Shown: in pieces, positions 8,973 through 18,650 of the stretch
How positions within the stretch are numbered: position 1 is the first letter of the stretch
How the letters are laid out: each line of letters begins with the position of its first letter
NCBI GenBank assembly: GCA_965197585.1
Contig: OZ240215.1
Location: forward strand, 896,001 to 960,000
DNA length: 64,000 bases
Source: Dehalococcoidia bacterium
GTDB lineage: Bacteria > Chloroflexota > Dehalococcoidia > Plut-88900
Reading direction: 5' to 3'
The notes under the pieces: model-generated
What the model was told of the DNA's origin: nothing
Database searches by the model: none
Seen by the model: only the letters and a program-made list of their open reading frames with translations
Position numbers and translations under genes: made by a program

Positions 8973-9512
8973 TTGAGATGTCCCTTTTGTGACTTCGAAG
9001 ATTCGAAAGTCATCGACTCTAGGACCGTAGACAGCGCGGTGCGCCGCCGGAGACAGTGCCTCCGTTGCGGGCTCCGTTACACAACCTTGGAACGGGTGCA
9101 GGGAGCAGTGCTCACCCTGATCAAAGGGGACGGGCGTCGAGAGCTGTTCAACCGGTCCAAGCTTGCGTCGGGGATTCACAAGGCCTGTGCCAAGAGACCC
9201 CTGCCCCTGGGCTCAATCGAGAAGATGGTCGACGAGATCGAAGAAGAGTTGCAGAAGCTCGGTAAGGCTGAGGTGCCGACGGGCATCATAGGCGAAATGG
9301 TGATGAGTCGGCTGAGGGACCTGGACCGCGTGGCCTATATCAGGTTCGCAAGCGTCTACCGCGATTTTGAGGACGTGGAAACGTTCAAGGAAGAAGTGGA
9401 CTCTTTACTAAGCTCTTCAGCCGTTGCAGTGACCCCATCGGCACAGCTGCCGATGTTCATTGAGCAGGGGCGTCAGGAAGCGCGGCGCAGAGAAAGACGC
9501 TCCCGGTCATAG
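8973..9512 (+). CDS. nrdR: Transcriptional repressor NrdR
   Basis: MRCPFC..SKVIDSR..RRRRQCLRCGLRYTTLE, ATP-cone, VAYIRFASVYRDF; TTG start. Confidence 0.97.
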   Translation: MRCPFCDFEDSKVIDSRTVDSAVRRRRQCLRCGLRYTTLERVQGAVLTLIKGDGRRELFNRSKLASGIHKACAKRPLPLGSIEKMVDEIEEELQKLGKAEVPTGIIGEMVMSRLRDLDRVAYIRFASVYRDFEDVETFKEEVDSLLSSSAVAVTPSAQLPMFIEQGRQEARRRERRSRS

Positions 9513-9532
9513 AGACGAAAGGGAGATAGGCG

Positions 9533-9733
9533 ATGAAATTGATGAAGGCAAAAACGCCCCTTGACACATATGTGGTGGCGAGCAGGAACGGAGTCCGGCT
9601 TACTAATCCTAAACAGGGCACCGACGAAGTGGACGCCGAAGATGCGGGTGCTGAGGGATATTTTGAGGAGTCGGAAATGACAGATGTCTTAACGGAGTCG
9701 CTGGCATCCAGTCACGGAGCTGGGTCCGGCTGA
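9533..9733 (+). CDS. Possible small acidic protein between nrdR and nrdJ
   Basis: 66-aa ORF with GGGAG RBS; no recognisable family; contains an NrdR-box-like site. Confidence 0.3.
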   Translation: MKLMKAKTPLDTYVVASRNGVRLTNPKQGTDEVDAEDAGAEGYFEESEMTDVLTESLASSHGAGSG

Positions 9734-9822
9734 GGGGACTAGCCGTAGCATAGGAATATTTAGAACGACTTAAGTATCGCCCGCCTCTAGTGAGGCGGAC
9801 TTGGGAAAGAAGACTCGGCGCA

Positions 9823-12210
9823 ATGAAGAAGGTAGAGACCAAGACAACCGTTCACTCGCAGATGGTGCGAGGCCTGACCAAAGAAATCTCCGAGAGCCAA
9901 GGCGATAAGTTGCCACTGGTGTCTGAGAACGGCATTGCCGTTCTCAATCGGCGGTACCTGGTCAAAGACGCGGAAGGCAAGCCGGTTGAAGTGCCGGAGA
10001 ACCTTTACCGCCGGGTGGCGCGGAATATTGCTCAAGGCGACGTGGAGTATGGGTCCACCGCGTTGGAGGCGGAGGAGCTGGCAGAGCGGTTCTACCAGAT
10101 GATGGCCCGCAACCAGTTCATGCCGAACTCTCCGACCCTGATGAACGCAGGCCGGGAATTGCAGCAGCTTTCGGCGTGCTTCGTGCTGGCGGTGCCGGAC
10201 TCGATAGACGGAATATTTGAAGCGGCGAAGCACACTGCCGTTATACATAAGAGCGGTGGCGGCACCGGTTTCGCCTTCTCCAACCTGAGGCCCGAGAGCG
10301 ACAGAGTCGGGTCCACGGGCGGCGTGGCGAGCGGGCCGGTCTCCTTCATCCGAATCTTCGACACCGCGACGGACGTGGTGAAGCAGGGCGGGACTCGGCG
10401 TGGGGCCAACATGGGCATTCTCGACGTGGGCCACCCCGACGTTATCAAGTTCATCCACTCGAAGGACGACGACACATCGCTGCAGAACTTCAATATCTCG
10501 GTGGCTGTTACCGAGCAGTTCATGCAACTGGTGGAGACCGGCGGCAGACACGACCTGATAAATCCCCACAACAATGAGAAAGTTAAGTCGGTAGACGCCA
10601 AGCCCATGTTCGACGAGATGGTGGAAAGTGCGTGGAAGACCGGTGACCCGGGAATCATATTCATCGACCGGATGAACGACGCACGTTCCAACCCCGTGCC
10701 CAAGAGGGGCCCGATCCAGGCCACCAATCCGTGCGGCGAGCAGCCGTTGTATTCATATGACTCCTGCAACCTGGGGTCGATTAACCTGGCGAAGTTCGTG
10801 GTGGAAGCAGAGGGTGGACCCGGTGTGGACTGGGATGGGCTGGGAACGGTGATCGAGACCTCTGTCCGGTTCCTGGACAACGTGGTCACCATGAACAAAT
10901 ACCCGATCCCGGAGATCGCCGAAACGTCGACGAGCATCCGGCGGATAGGTCTAGGTGTTATGGGTTGGGCGGATACGCTCATCCTTCTGGGCATTCCGTA
11001 CGACTCACAGAGTGCGTTGGACCTGGGCGAACAGATCATGAGGTTCATCGACGAAAAGGCGTCGGGAGCGTCGGAGCAGCTTGCGGCGGAGAGAGGGAAC
11101 TTCCTGGACTGGGATGACTCGGAGTACGGTCCGGACGGGAAACTGGGCCCGAGGCCGATGCGTAACTCCACCAGGACTACCATCGCTCCTACCGGCACAA
11201 TCAGCATTATCGCCAACTGCTCCAGTGGGATAGAGCCGTTGTTTGCACTGAGCTACGTTAGGCACGTGATGGACAACGCCCGCCTGGTGGAAGTGAACCC
11301 GTATTTCGAGGCCGTGGCCCGTCGGGAGGGGTTCTACAGCCCCGAACTGATGGAAAAGCTGGCGGATCATGGGAGCGCGCAGGGCATGGATGAAGTGCCC
11401 CAGTGGGTGCAGGATGTCTTCGTAACCTCCCACGACATCAGCCCCGAGTGGCACGTGAAGATGCAGGCGGCGTTCCAGAAATACACAGACAACGCGGTTT
11501 CCAAGACCGTGAACTTCTCAAACAACGCCACCATAGAAGACGTGCGCAAGGTGTACATGCTTGCCTACCAAGAAGGCTGCAAAGGCGTGACCATCTACCG
11601 GGACGGCAGCAAGAGCAAGCAGGTATTGAACATAGGCCAGACGGAAAAAGCCCGCAGCGACGAGCAGCCCGTGGCGGCGAGCCCGACGCCAAGACGCAGG
11701 CCGTCCAAGGTGCAAGGCATTACCGAAAAGGTCCACACGGGCCACGGGAACATGTACGTGACTGTCAATTTCGATGAGGAGAAGAGTCCCTTTGAAGTCT
11801 TCTCCAACCTGGGCAAGGCCGGGGGTTGCGACTCGGCGCAGCTGGAAGCGATATCGCGGCTGACGTCTCTGGCGCTGCGCTCGGGCATCGAGCCTGAGGA
11901 CGTGATCGACCAGCTAAGGGGTATAACCTGCTGTCCGGCCTGGAACGAAGGAGAATTGGTGAAGTCGGGGCCGGATGCGGTGGCGCTCGTGCTGTCGCGG
12001 CACCTGATGGAGCATAAGGATTGGGTAGAAACGGCCGATTCGGCGGTGGTCAGTTCGCAGATCCCACTGCCGCAGATGGAAAAGAACGGCAACGGAAACG
12101 GTAATGGAAAGACGACCTACTCAGGCCGATGCGCGGAGTGCAACGGAAACCTGGTTTACCAGGAAGGCTGCGTGACGTGCTACGGGTGTGGATACAACAA
12201 ATGCGGATAA
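9823..12210 (+). CDS. nrdJ: Adenosylcobalamin-dependent (class II) ribonucleotide reductase with C-terminal TSCPD/zinc-ribbon domain
   Basis: FMPNSPTLMNAG, LSACFV, SGGGTG, VKQGGTRRGANM, TNPCGEQPL, SCNLGSINL, TIAPTGT, AVSKTVN, KGVTIYRDGS; C-terminal CAEC...CYGCGYNKC. Start approximate. Confidence 0.95.
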   Translation: MKKVETKTTVHSQMVRGLTKEISESQGDKLPLVSENGIAVLNRRYLVKDAEGKPVEVPENLYRRVARNIAQGDVEYGSTALEAEELAERFYQMMARNQFMPNSPTLMNAGRELQQLSACFVLAVPDSIDGIFEAAKHTAVIHKSGGGTGFAFSNLRPESDRVGSTGGVASGPVSFIRIFDTATDVVKQGGTRRGANMGILDVGHPDVIKFIHSKDDDTSLQNFNISVAVTEQFMQLVETGGRHDLINPHNNEKVKSVDAKPMFDEMVESAWKTGDPGIIFIDRMNDARSNPVPKRGPIQATNPCGEQPLYSYDSCNLGSINLAKFVVEAEGGPGVDWDGLGTVIETSVRFLDNVVTMNKYPIPEIAETSTSIRRIGLGVMGWADTLILLGIPYDSQSALDLGEQIMRFIDEKASGASEQLAAERGNFLDWDDSEYGPDGKLGPRPMRNSTRTTIAPTGTISIIANCSSGIEPLFALSYVRHVMDNARLVEVNPYFEAVARREGFYSPELMEKLADHGSAQGMDEVPQWVQDVFVTSHDISPEWHVKMQAAFQKYTDNAVSKTVNFSNNATIEDVRKVYMLAYQEGCKGVTIYRDGSKSKQVLNIGQTEKARSDEQPVAASPTPRRRPSKVQGITEKVHTGHGNMYVTVNFDEEKSPFEVFSNLGKAGGCDSAQLEAISRLTSLALRSGIEPEDVIDQLRGITCCPAWNEGELVKSGPDAVALVLSRHLMEHKDWVETADSAVVSSQIPLPQMEKNGNGNGNGKTTYSGRCAECNGNLVYQEGCVTCYGCGYNKCG

Positions 12211-12229
12211 ATTCTTAATATCAACTGAG

Positions 12230-12377
12230 GGCAGTCGGGGAGAACGCTCCCCCAGAACGTGGCCCGAGCCATCGGGCTAATCTCCCTTCTGCCTGTACCC
12301 CGGTGCGCTGTTCCTCCCAGCGCACACGACCTCGGGCACCCTTGGGCGCCACCTCCCCCCAGGGTGCCCACTCTTTT
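12230..12377 (+). ncRNA. Candidate structured RNA/terminator region with four hairpins, two with C-rich loops
   Basis: Stems 12237-12252, 12262-12277, 12303-12325, 12334-12369; last one followed by CTCTTTT. Confidence 0.45.
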
Positions 12378-12479
12378 ACCCAAAATCACGTTCGATCCGG
12401 GCGTGAGTGATATAATCTACTATGCAGCTTCAGGCCGTGCAAGGCCAGTAGCTGCAACGTTATCTTAAGGAGGCCCAGC

Positions 12480-13277
12480 ATAAAACTGTCTTTCATCGGC
12501 GGTGGAGTTATGGCTGAAGCCATAGTCCGCGGCGTCATCGAACGGGGAGTCGCCAAGGCTCCCGACATCCTTGTCAGCGAACCCCTCGAACCCCGACGCA
12601 CGGCCCTTGTTAAGACCTATGGGGTCGGGGCGGCGGAAGACAATCTTTCGGCCCTGGAAGACCGGGAGGCCGTGGTCCTGGCGGTAAAGCCCCAGGTCAT
12701 GCCATACGTACTGAAGGAACTGCAAGGCCGAGTCGGTCCCAAACAGGTGGTCGTGTCCATAGCGGCTGGCGTGAAGCTCGACACCCTGCATTCGGGGCTG
12801 GGCCACGACGTTCTGGTAAGAGCAATGCCCAACACCCCGGCCCAGATAGGCCGCGGGATCACGATGTGGACTACTGCGGACGGCGCGGGCCCCGAGGCTA
12901 GAGAGGCGGGAGCCCAGATACTTCAGGCATTGGGTGAGGAGATCTACGTAGAGGACGAGAAGTATTTGGACATGGCGACGGCTCTGAGCGGCGGCGGTCC
13001 GGCCTACACCTTCTTAATCATAGAATCGTTGATAGATGCGGGCGTGCACGTGGGGCTGGCGAGGGACGTGTCGGAGAAACTGGTACTGGAAACCGTACTG
13101 GGGTCGGCGATGTTATACAAGGAGTCGGGGGCGCACGCGGCGGCGCTGAAGAACATGGTGACCTCGCCCGGAGGCACGACTGCCGAGGCGCTGCTGGTCC
13201 TGGAAGAGGGCGGACTCAGGGGCCTGTTTATCAGGGCCGTGGTCGAGGCATACCACAAAGCTCAGAGGGTGGGCTGA
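12480..13277 (+). CDS. proC: Pyrroline-5-carboxylate reductase (probable ATA start)
   Basis: KLSFIGGGVMAEAI Rossmann motif, LAVKPQ, SIAAGV, RAMPNTPA, TALSGGGPAY, VTSPGGTT; AGGAGG 6 nt upstream of ATA. Confidence 0.95.
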   Translation: MKLSFIGGGVMAEAIVRGVIERGVAKAPDILVSEPLEPRRTALVKTYGVGAAEDNLSALEDREAVVLAVKPQVMPYVLKELQGRVGPKQVVVSIAAGVKLDTLHSGLGHDVLVRAMPNTPAQIGRGITMWTTADGAGPEAREAGAQILQALGEEIYVEDEKYLDMATALSGGGPAYTFLIIESLIDAGVHVGLARDVSEKLVLETVLGSAMLYKESGAHAAALKNMVTSPGGTTAEALLVLEEGGLRGLFIRAVVEAYHKAQRVG

Positions 13278-13278
13278 T

Positions 13279-13542
13279 TTGGTGATATTCACCTTTATCG
13301 CAGCGCTGGCTCAAGTCCTCTCCTGGATGATAATCGCCCGCATGATCCTGAGCATGGTCTTCCCCATGGGGACGGACCGGCAGTGGGTCGCTTCTCTGAT
13401 GCACGTCCTTTACAGGGTGACGGAGCCAATCCTGGCCCCGATCAGGAAACTGGTGTACCGGGGCGGCACACTGGATTTCAGCCCGATGGTTGCGGTGCTG
13501 CTCCTATGGTTAGTCTCCCTCGTCTCCGGAAGACTGGGCTAG
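13279..13542 (+). CDS. yggT: YggT/YlmG family membrane protein
   Basis: LYRVTEPILAPIRK...LDFSPMVA motif; follows proC as usual. Confidence 0.9.
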   Translation: MVIFTFIAALAQVLSWMIIARMILSMVFPMGTDRQWVASLMHVLYRVTEPILAPIRKLVYRGGTLDFSPMVAVLLLWLVSLVSGRLG

Positions 13543-13620
13543 CGTAGTAAGCCTGATACCCTATATCATCGTTGGACTCAGGGGCGGAATGACGCCCGAC
13601 TTCCTCCCTGTTATCAAACG

Positions 13621-14478
13621 ATGCCTAAGGTAGCCATAGTCACCGACAGCACCTCCTGCATACCTCATGAGCTCTCTCAGGAGCTTGGCATTCACGTCGT
13701 GCCGCTTACCTATGTTTTTGGCGACACCGTGGTGGCCGACGATCCAACGCTGGACATGGCCGACTTCTACCGACGCCTGGAAACCTCCGAGAAGCCGCCG
13801 ACCACATCCCCCGCATCTCCGGGAGCGTACGTGGAGACGTTCGAGGACCTCATTGGGAACTTCGAGGCGATACTTTGCATCACCGTATCGTCGAGGTTCA
13901 GCGGTATGCACCGGGCGGCGACTGTGGCTAAGGGAATGGTGGTTACAGACTCCTCGCCTACACAAGTCGAAATCATGGACTCGGGCGGAGCGGCAATGCT
14001 GCAGGGGTTCGTTGTGCTGGCAGCGGCTCGGGCGGCGGTAGGGGGGGCATCGTTGGAGGAAGTCACGCGTGCAGCCGAATCGGTCAGGTCCCGGGTGCGC
14101 CTGGTGGCCGTGATCGACACGTTTAAGTATTTAGGCCGCAGCGGCCGGTTCCCGAGAATTGCCACGTGGGGGGCATCGCTCATCGGGTTGAAGCCGATAC
14201 TCTCGTTGAAGACGGGACAAGTGAAACCCGTGACTGTTGCAAGAAGTCGTCAGGCTGCCGAGAGCAAGATCTTGAGAATGCTGAAGAGGGACACGGAGGG
14301 GAAGGAGACAGTGCGGGTGGCAGTCCTGCATGCCAACGTGCCGGAAGAAGCGGAAGCGTTTGCCCGGATTGTCGGGGAGACGGTAGACTGCGCCGAGCTG
14401 CTGATGTCTCACCTGACCCCGGTAATGGGGATCTACACGGGCCCCGGAGTCCTGGGTCTCACCTACTACACCGACTAG
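13621..14478 (+). CDS. DegV family fatty-acid-binding protein
   Basis: VAIVTDSTS, TTSPASPG, VSSRFSGM, YLGRSGR, LKPIL, GIYTGPG. Confidence 0.93.
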   Translation: MPKVAIVTDSTSCIPHELSQELGIHVVPLTYVFGDTVVADDPTLDMADFYRRLETSEKPPTTSPASPGAYVETFEDLIGNFEAILCITVSSRFSGMHRAATVAKGMVVTDSSPTQVEIMDSGGAAMLQGFVVLAAARAAVGGASLEEVTRAAESVRSRVRLVAVIDTFKYLGRSGRFPRIATWGASLIGLKPILSLKTGQVKPVTVARSRQAAESKILRMLKRDTEGKETVRVAVLHANVPEEAEAFARIVGETVDCAELLMSHLTPVMGIYTGPGVLGLTYYTD

Positions 14479-14496
14479 CGAACAGAGAAAACCAGG

Positions 14497-15186
14497 TTGC
14501 TGAAGGCACTTTACATATTGGGCTGCTACCTGTTCGGCTCGCTCCCCGTTACTGAGGCACTGGCCAAGAAGAAGGGCACGAACCTCCGAAAAGTGGGCAC
14601 AGGCAACGTGGGCGCGGGTAATTTGTGGCAAACGTCGGGTGCGATGAGCGGGATGATTGGTGGAGCATTCGATGTCGGGAAGGGTGCGCTGCCGGCGATG
14701 GTGGCCGGTGTACTGGGGTTGGGCAAGGGGGTGGGGTGCGCGGGGTCGGTGGCCGGCCTGATTGCGCAGATGTGGCCCGTCTTCAAGAAATTCGACGGCG
14801 GCAGGGGGAACTCCTCGGCCATCGGCTTGGCATTGACGCTAAGTCCGAAGTCGTTCCTCATGGCGCTCATTCCGATGCTTGCCGGAGGAGCGATAAGGTC
14901 TCTCCCAATCATGATGCGGAACGACCTGACGTGGAAGCAGCGTATGAAGTTCCCCAGTAAAAGCACCGATGAAGTTCCCCTGGGGATGCTTGCGGGTTGG
15001 GTGGGCATGCCGCTGTTTGCATGGCTAATGAATGAGCCCAAGCCCGTTGTTCGGGCCTTGCTGGCTATGGCAATCGCAATCGTGGTGCGCCGTATAACGG
15101 GTGGGTTGTCGGACGACATCGCAGAGGGAAAGGACCTGAAACAGGTTGTGCGGAACAGGGCCCTTTATGACCGGGTGACGAGGTAG
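14497..15186 (+). CDS. PlsY-like glycerol-3-phosphate acyltransferase family protein
   Basis: YLFGSLP, LRKVGTGNVGAGN, DVGKG, WPVFKKFDGGRG; several motif residues diverge. Confidence 0.75.
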   Translation: MLKALYILGCYLFGSLPVTEALAKKKGTNLRKVGTGNVGAGNLWQTSGAMSGMIGGAFDVGKGALPAMVAGVLGLGKGVGCAGSVAGLIAQMWPVFKKFDGGRGNSSAIGLALTLSPKSFLMALIPMLAGGAIRSLPIMMRNDLTWKQRMKFPSKSTDEVPLGMLAGWVGMPLFAWLMNEPKPVVRALLAMAIAIVVRRITGGLSDDIAEGKDLKQVVRNRALYDRVTR

Positions 15187-15210
15187 CGGCCCAAGCCGCG
15201 ACGCCGCCTA

Positions 15211-15846
15211 ATGTCTCGTCATCGAACCGGCCCAGCGCAGGTCGATAACCCAGCGGCTCGGCTGGAAGCCGACGTGGAACTGCTGAAGAGTTGCCTCCCT
15301 GCTCCCCCGCCTCCCGTGGCAAATCCGTACCTGGTCTTGATGTGTGGTTTACCGGGCGTCGGCAAGACTCATTTCGCGCGGTGCCTGGCTGCCGAAGCGC
15401 GGTTGCAGATGATAGAGTCGGACGCGGCGCGGAAGGCATTGATGGTTGTGCCCGCGTATAATGCCGAGGAGAACCTTCGAGTTTTTGCAGCGTGCCGCAG
15501 GCTGATGGATGAGCTACTGGACAACGGCGTACCCGTCCTGCTGGACGCTACCAACGTTACGGAGCGCGACCGAGCCTATTCATACGCGGCGGCTGAGGGG
15601 AGGGGGGCGGAGGTAATGGTGGTCAGGGTAACGGCGCCGGAGAGCGAGGTACGCCGGAGACTCAGGCGTCGGGAGCGGGGGCTTGCGAAGGACGGAGCAT
15701 CGAATGCGGGTTGGGACGTCTATTTGAAGATGAAGGCCCGCGAGGAACCTGTGACAAGACCTCACTTTGTCGTAGATACTTCGAAAGACATAACACCGGC
15801 AATCGTGAAAATATCGAATAAACTGAAAGTCATAAACGGAGACTAG
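15211..15846 (+). CDS. P-loop kinase (AAA_33 family)
   Basis: MCGLPGVGKT Walker A, ESDAARK, VLLDATN. Confidence 0.8.
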   Translation: MSRHRTGPAQVDNPAARLEADVELLKSCLPAPPPPVANPYLVLMCGLPGVGKTHFARCLAAEARLQMIESDAARKALMVVPAYNAEENLRVFAACRRLMDELLDNGVPVLLDATNVTERDRAYSYAAAEGRGAEVMVVRVTAPESEVRRRLRRRERGLAKDGASNAGWDVYLKMKAREEPVTRPHFVVDTSKDITPAIVKISNKLKVINGD

Positions 15847-15859
15847 AGGAGACTCATAA

Positions 15860-17365
15860 ATGGAAATAACCGTTGTCCAAGGCAACATAACGGAACTGAA
15901 AACCGACGCGGCTGTGGTCAACCTGTTCGAAGGGGTCAAGCAGCCGGGCGGCGGCACGGGAGCGGTCGACATGGCCCTGGACCGGGCTATCAGCAACCTG
16001 ATAGCCGATGGCGAGTTGACGGGCAAGGAGGGGGAGATAGTCCAACTGCACACGATGGGCAAAATAGCTCCAAAGCGGGTTGTGGTGGTCGGCCTGGGCA
16101 AAAAAGAGAAGTTCGATGAGGACACCGTGCGCCGGGTGATGGGCGGTCTCTGCCGCAACCTTCGGGCGAAGGGCGTGAGGAAGGTGGCGACAATCGTGCA
16201 TGGGGCGGGGATAGGCGGAATGGACGCCGGGGAGTCGGCGTGCGCGATAGCCGAGGGCAGCGTGCTTGGGACGTACAGGTTTTCCAAGCATAGGACCACG
16301 GCGCCCGAGACAGGCGAAATTGAGACACTGGCCTTGGTCGAGGTGGATGATTCCAAGCTGGCGTCGCTGGAAGCAGGCGTGGAGAAGGGCAAGGTTATCG
16401 CCGAGGCGGCGAACCTCGCCCGTGACATGGCCAACGAACCGGCCAACTTCATGACACCGACGGACATGGCGGCAACGGCTGAACGGGTTGCAGAGGACTC
16501 GGGGCTGGAAGTCGAGGTGCTGGACGAGATGCAGATGGACGGGCTGGGGATGGGGGCTATTGCCGGTGTGGCCAAGGGGACCCGCCAGCCGCCAAAGTTC
16601 ATCATATTGCGATATCGCGGTGCGGGAGACGGAGCCGATAAGAACATTGGGCTCGTAGGGAAAGGTGTGACCTTCGACTCGGGAGGAATTTCTCTCAAGC
16701 CGGCGGCCAATATGGGCGAGATGAAGGGCGACATGTCGGGTGGGGCGTCGGTTATAGCTACGATGGGAGCTATAGGGAAGCTGAAGCCGAAGGTCAACGT
16801 AACGGGCCTCGTCCCCGCATCCGAGAACCTGCCGGGAGGCGCGGCCCAGAAGCCGGGCGACGTGGTAAGGGCAATGAACGGCAAGACCATCGAGATTGAG
16901 AACACCGACGCCGAAGGCAGACTTCTGCTGGCCGACGCCCTCTCCTACGGCCGGAAGATTGGCCTCACTTCGATGGTGGACATAGCAACACTTACCGGGG
17001 CGATAGTCATAGCCCTGGGGCACGTGAGCTCGGGGGTGTTCGGGAATGACCAGGACCTGGTCGAGAGCGTAATCGGGGCGGGGAAGGGGGCAGGGGAGAA
17101 GATTTGGCAGCTGCCTCTGTTTGATGAATACAAGGAGCAGAATAAGAGCGACGTGGCGGACGTGAAGAACACGGGTGGCAGGCCGGCGGGCTCGATAACC
17201 GCGGCTCAGTTTCTCTCGGAATTCAGCGAGGATACTCCCTGGGTCCACCTGGACATCGCCGGGACCTTCATGTCGAGTAAGACGAAAGGCTACGTGGTGA
17301 AGGGCGCGACGGGGGTGCCCGTAAGGACACTGATCAACTACGTGTTGTCGCAGGCGGAGAAGTAA
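15860..17365 (+). CDS. pepA: Leucyl aminopeptidase (M17)
   Basis: VGKGVTFDSGG, MKGDMSG, NTDAEGRL, DIATLTGA, WVHLDIAG. Confidence 0.96.
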   Translation: MEITVVQGNITELKTDAAVVNLFEGVKQPGGGTGAVDMALDRAISNLIADGELTGKEGEIVQLHTMGKIAPKRVVVVGLGKKEKFDEDTVRRVMGGLCRNLRAKGVRKVATIVHGAGIGGMDAGESACAIAEGSVLGTYRFSKHRTTAPETGEIETLALVEVDDSKLASLEAGVEKGKVIAEAANLARDMANEPANFMTPTDMAATAERVAEDSGLEVEVLDEMQMDGLGMGAIAGVAKGTRQPPKFIILRYRGAGDGADKNIGLVGKGVTFDSGGISLKPAANMGEMKGDMSGGASVIATMGAIGKLKPKVNVTGLVPASENLPGGAAQKPGDVVRAMNGKTIEIENTDAEGRLLLADALSYGRKIGLTSMVDIATLTGAIVIALGHVSSGVFGNDQDLVESVIGAGKGAGEKIWQLPLFDEYKEQNKSDVADVKNTGGRPAGSITAAQFLSEFSEDTPWVHLDIAGTFMSSKTKGYVVKGATGVPVRTLINYVLSQAEK

Positions 17366-17418
17366 GCGAGGGCTGGAGTAAGTTGAAGAATGGAGAAATT
17401 AGCAAGAGTGATTAGGCA

Positions 17419-18558
17419 ATGCTGGGAGGACTGAAAATCAGAAGGTCCGGTCCCAAAGAAACGGACCACCAGCGATATCGCCGATACCTCAAGAATGAGT
17501 TAGAGGCGGTACAGCTATACCGGGACTTGGCCGACGTCGAGAAGAACGAAGAGCGGGCCGGTCTTTTTCGAAGGTTGGCGCAGGCGGAGATGCGTCACGT
17601 CCGGATCTGGTCGCGCAAACTGGGGCTGGAAGACCAATCGCCGGACAACTACCGGCGGACTCTGCGCGTGATAGTGCTGCGCACTGTGGCCCGGGTGCTC
17701 GGCACCCGGGCCGTCATGCCGATGATTCTGAAGTCTGAGGCAGCGGACGCTAGCACCTACAGGGAGGACCCGGAGGCGACCAACATAGTCCAGGAAGAAA
17801 TCGAGCATTTCAACGTGCTGGGTCGGCTAGCCGGTCGGCCCGACCATACCCAGATTCTCTCCCTGGAACGCCGCCATTACAGCGGCACTGTCAACGTGCG
17901 GGCAGGAGTCCTGGGATTCAACGACGGACTGCTGTCGAACCTGAGCCTGGTGATGGGGGTGGCGGGGGCTACCTCGGACCCTAACTTTATTGTGATAGCG
18001 GGGATCTCGGGGCTGCTGGCTGGGGCGTTCTCAATGGCGGCGGGGGAGTATGTGTCGGTGAGGGCACAGAGGGACGTGTACGAGAGAGAGATTGAGGTGG
18101 AAAGGGCCGAGCTGGAGGAGATGCCAAAGGAGGAGATGCAGGAGCTGGCATTTATATATCAACGAAAGGGTTTCACGAGACAGGAGGCCCGGGCTGTTGC
18201 CGAGCGGATCATCTCCAACCCGGAAGTAGCCCTGGCTACGCTGGCCCGCGAAGAGCTGGGCCTGGACCCGAGCCAGCTCGGGTACCCGTGGATGGCGGCG
18301 ATCAGCTCCTTCCTGGCCTTTGGCCTGGGGGCGGTAATACCCCTGCTCCCGAACTTGTTCACCGAAGGCCTCCTTGCACTAATGCTCACGATAGCGGTGA
18401 GCGGGGTGGCGACTGTCGGGATAGGAGTCCTGCTGGGGATCATCACGGGGAAGAACCCGCTGTGGGGAGGTGGACGCATGTTATTGGCCGGGACGATTGC
18501 AGCGGGTGTGACATACGGGATAGGCTCTGCGATAGGAATTTCCCTGGAGACACACTAG
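17419..18558 (+). CDS. Rubrerythrin/ferritin-like domain fused to VIT1/CCC1 iron exporter (MbfA-like)
   Basis: N-terminal E..Y..LA...AEMRH and EEIEH di-iron motifs; C-terminal VLGFNDGLLSN, GAFSMAAGEYVSV, REELG. Confidence 0.85.
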   Translation: MLGGLKIRRSGPKETDHQRYRRYLKNELEAVQLYRDLADVEKNEERAGLFRRLAQAEMRHVRIWSRKLGLEDQSPDNYRRTLRVIVLRTVARVLGTRAVMPMILKSEAADASTYREDPEATNIVQEEIEHFNVLGRLAGRPDHTQILSLERRHYSGTVNVRAGVLGFNDGLLSNLSLVMGVAGATSDPNFIVIAGISGLLAGAFSMAAGEYVSVRAQRDVYEREIEVERAELEEMPKEEMQELAFIYQRKGFTRQEARAVAERIISNPEVALATLAREELGLDPSQLGYPWMAAISSFLAFGLGAVIPLLPNLFTEGLLALMLTIAVSGVATVGIGVLLGIITGKNPLWGGGRMLLAGTIAAGVTYGIGSAIGISLETH

Positions 18559-18650
18559 ACTCGATTGCTGGGCCGAGCCGGTAGAAGTGAGTTATTGTTA
18601 CGCCGTTCTGCTCTTCCCCTTGGCCTTCCTGCTCGGGGGCCGAGCTCTCT

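Noticed and set aside
9513-9822. Cobalamin riboswitch upstream of nrdJ
   Set aside because: No B12-box or other conserved core motifs seen.
9823-12210. Intein or intron in nrdJ
   Set aside because: Catalytic motifs are contiguous and the length is normal.
15580-17248. Long antisense ORFs (441 and 464 aa) opposite pepA, and similar ones opposite nrdJ, ftsZ and LLM genes
   Set aside because: Shadow ORFs expected from high GC codon bias; no motifs.
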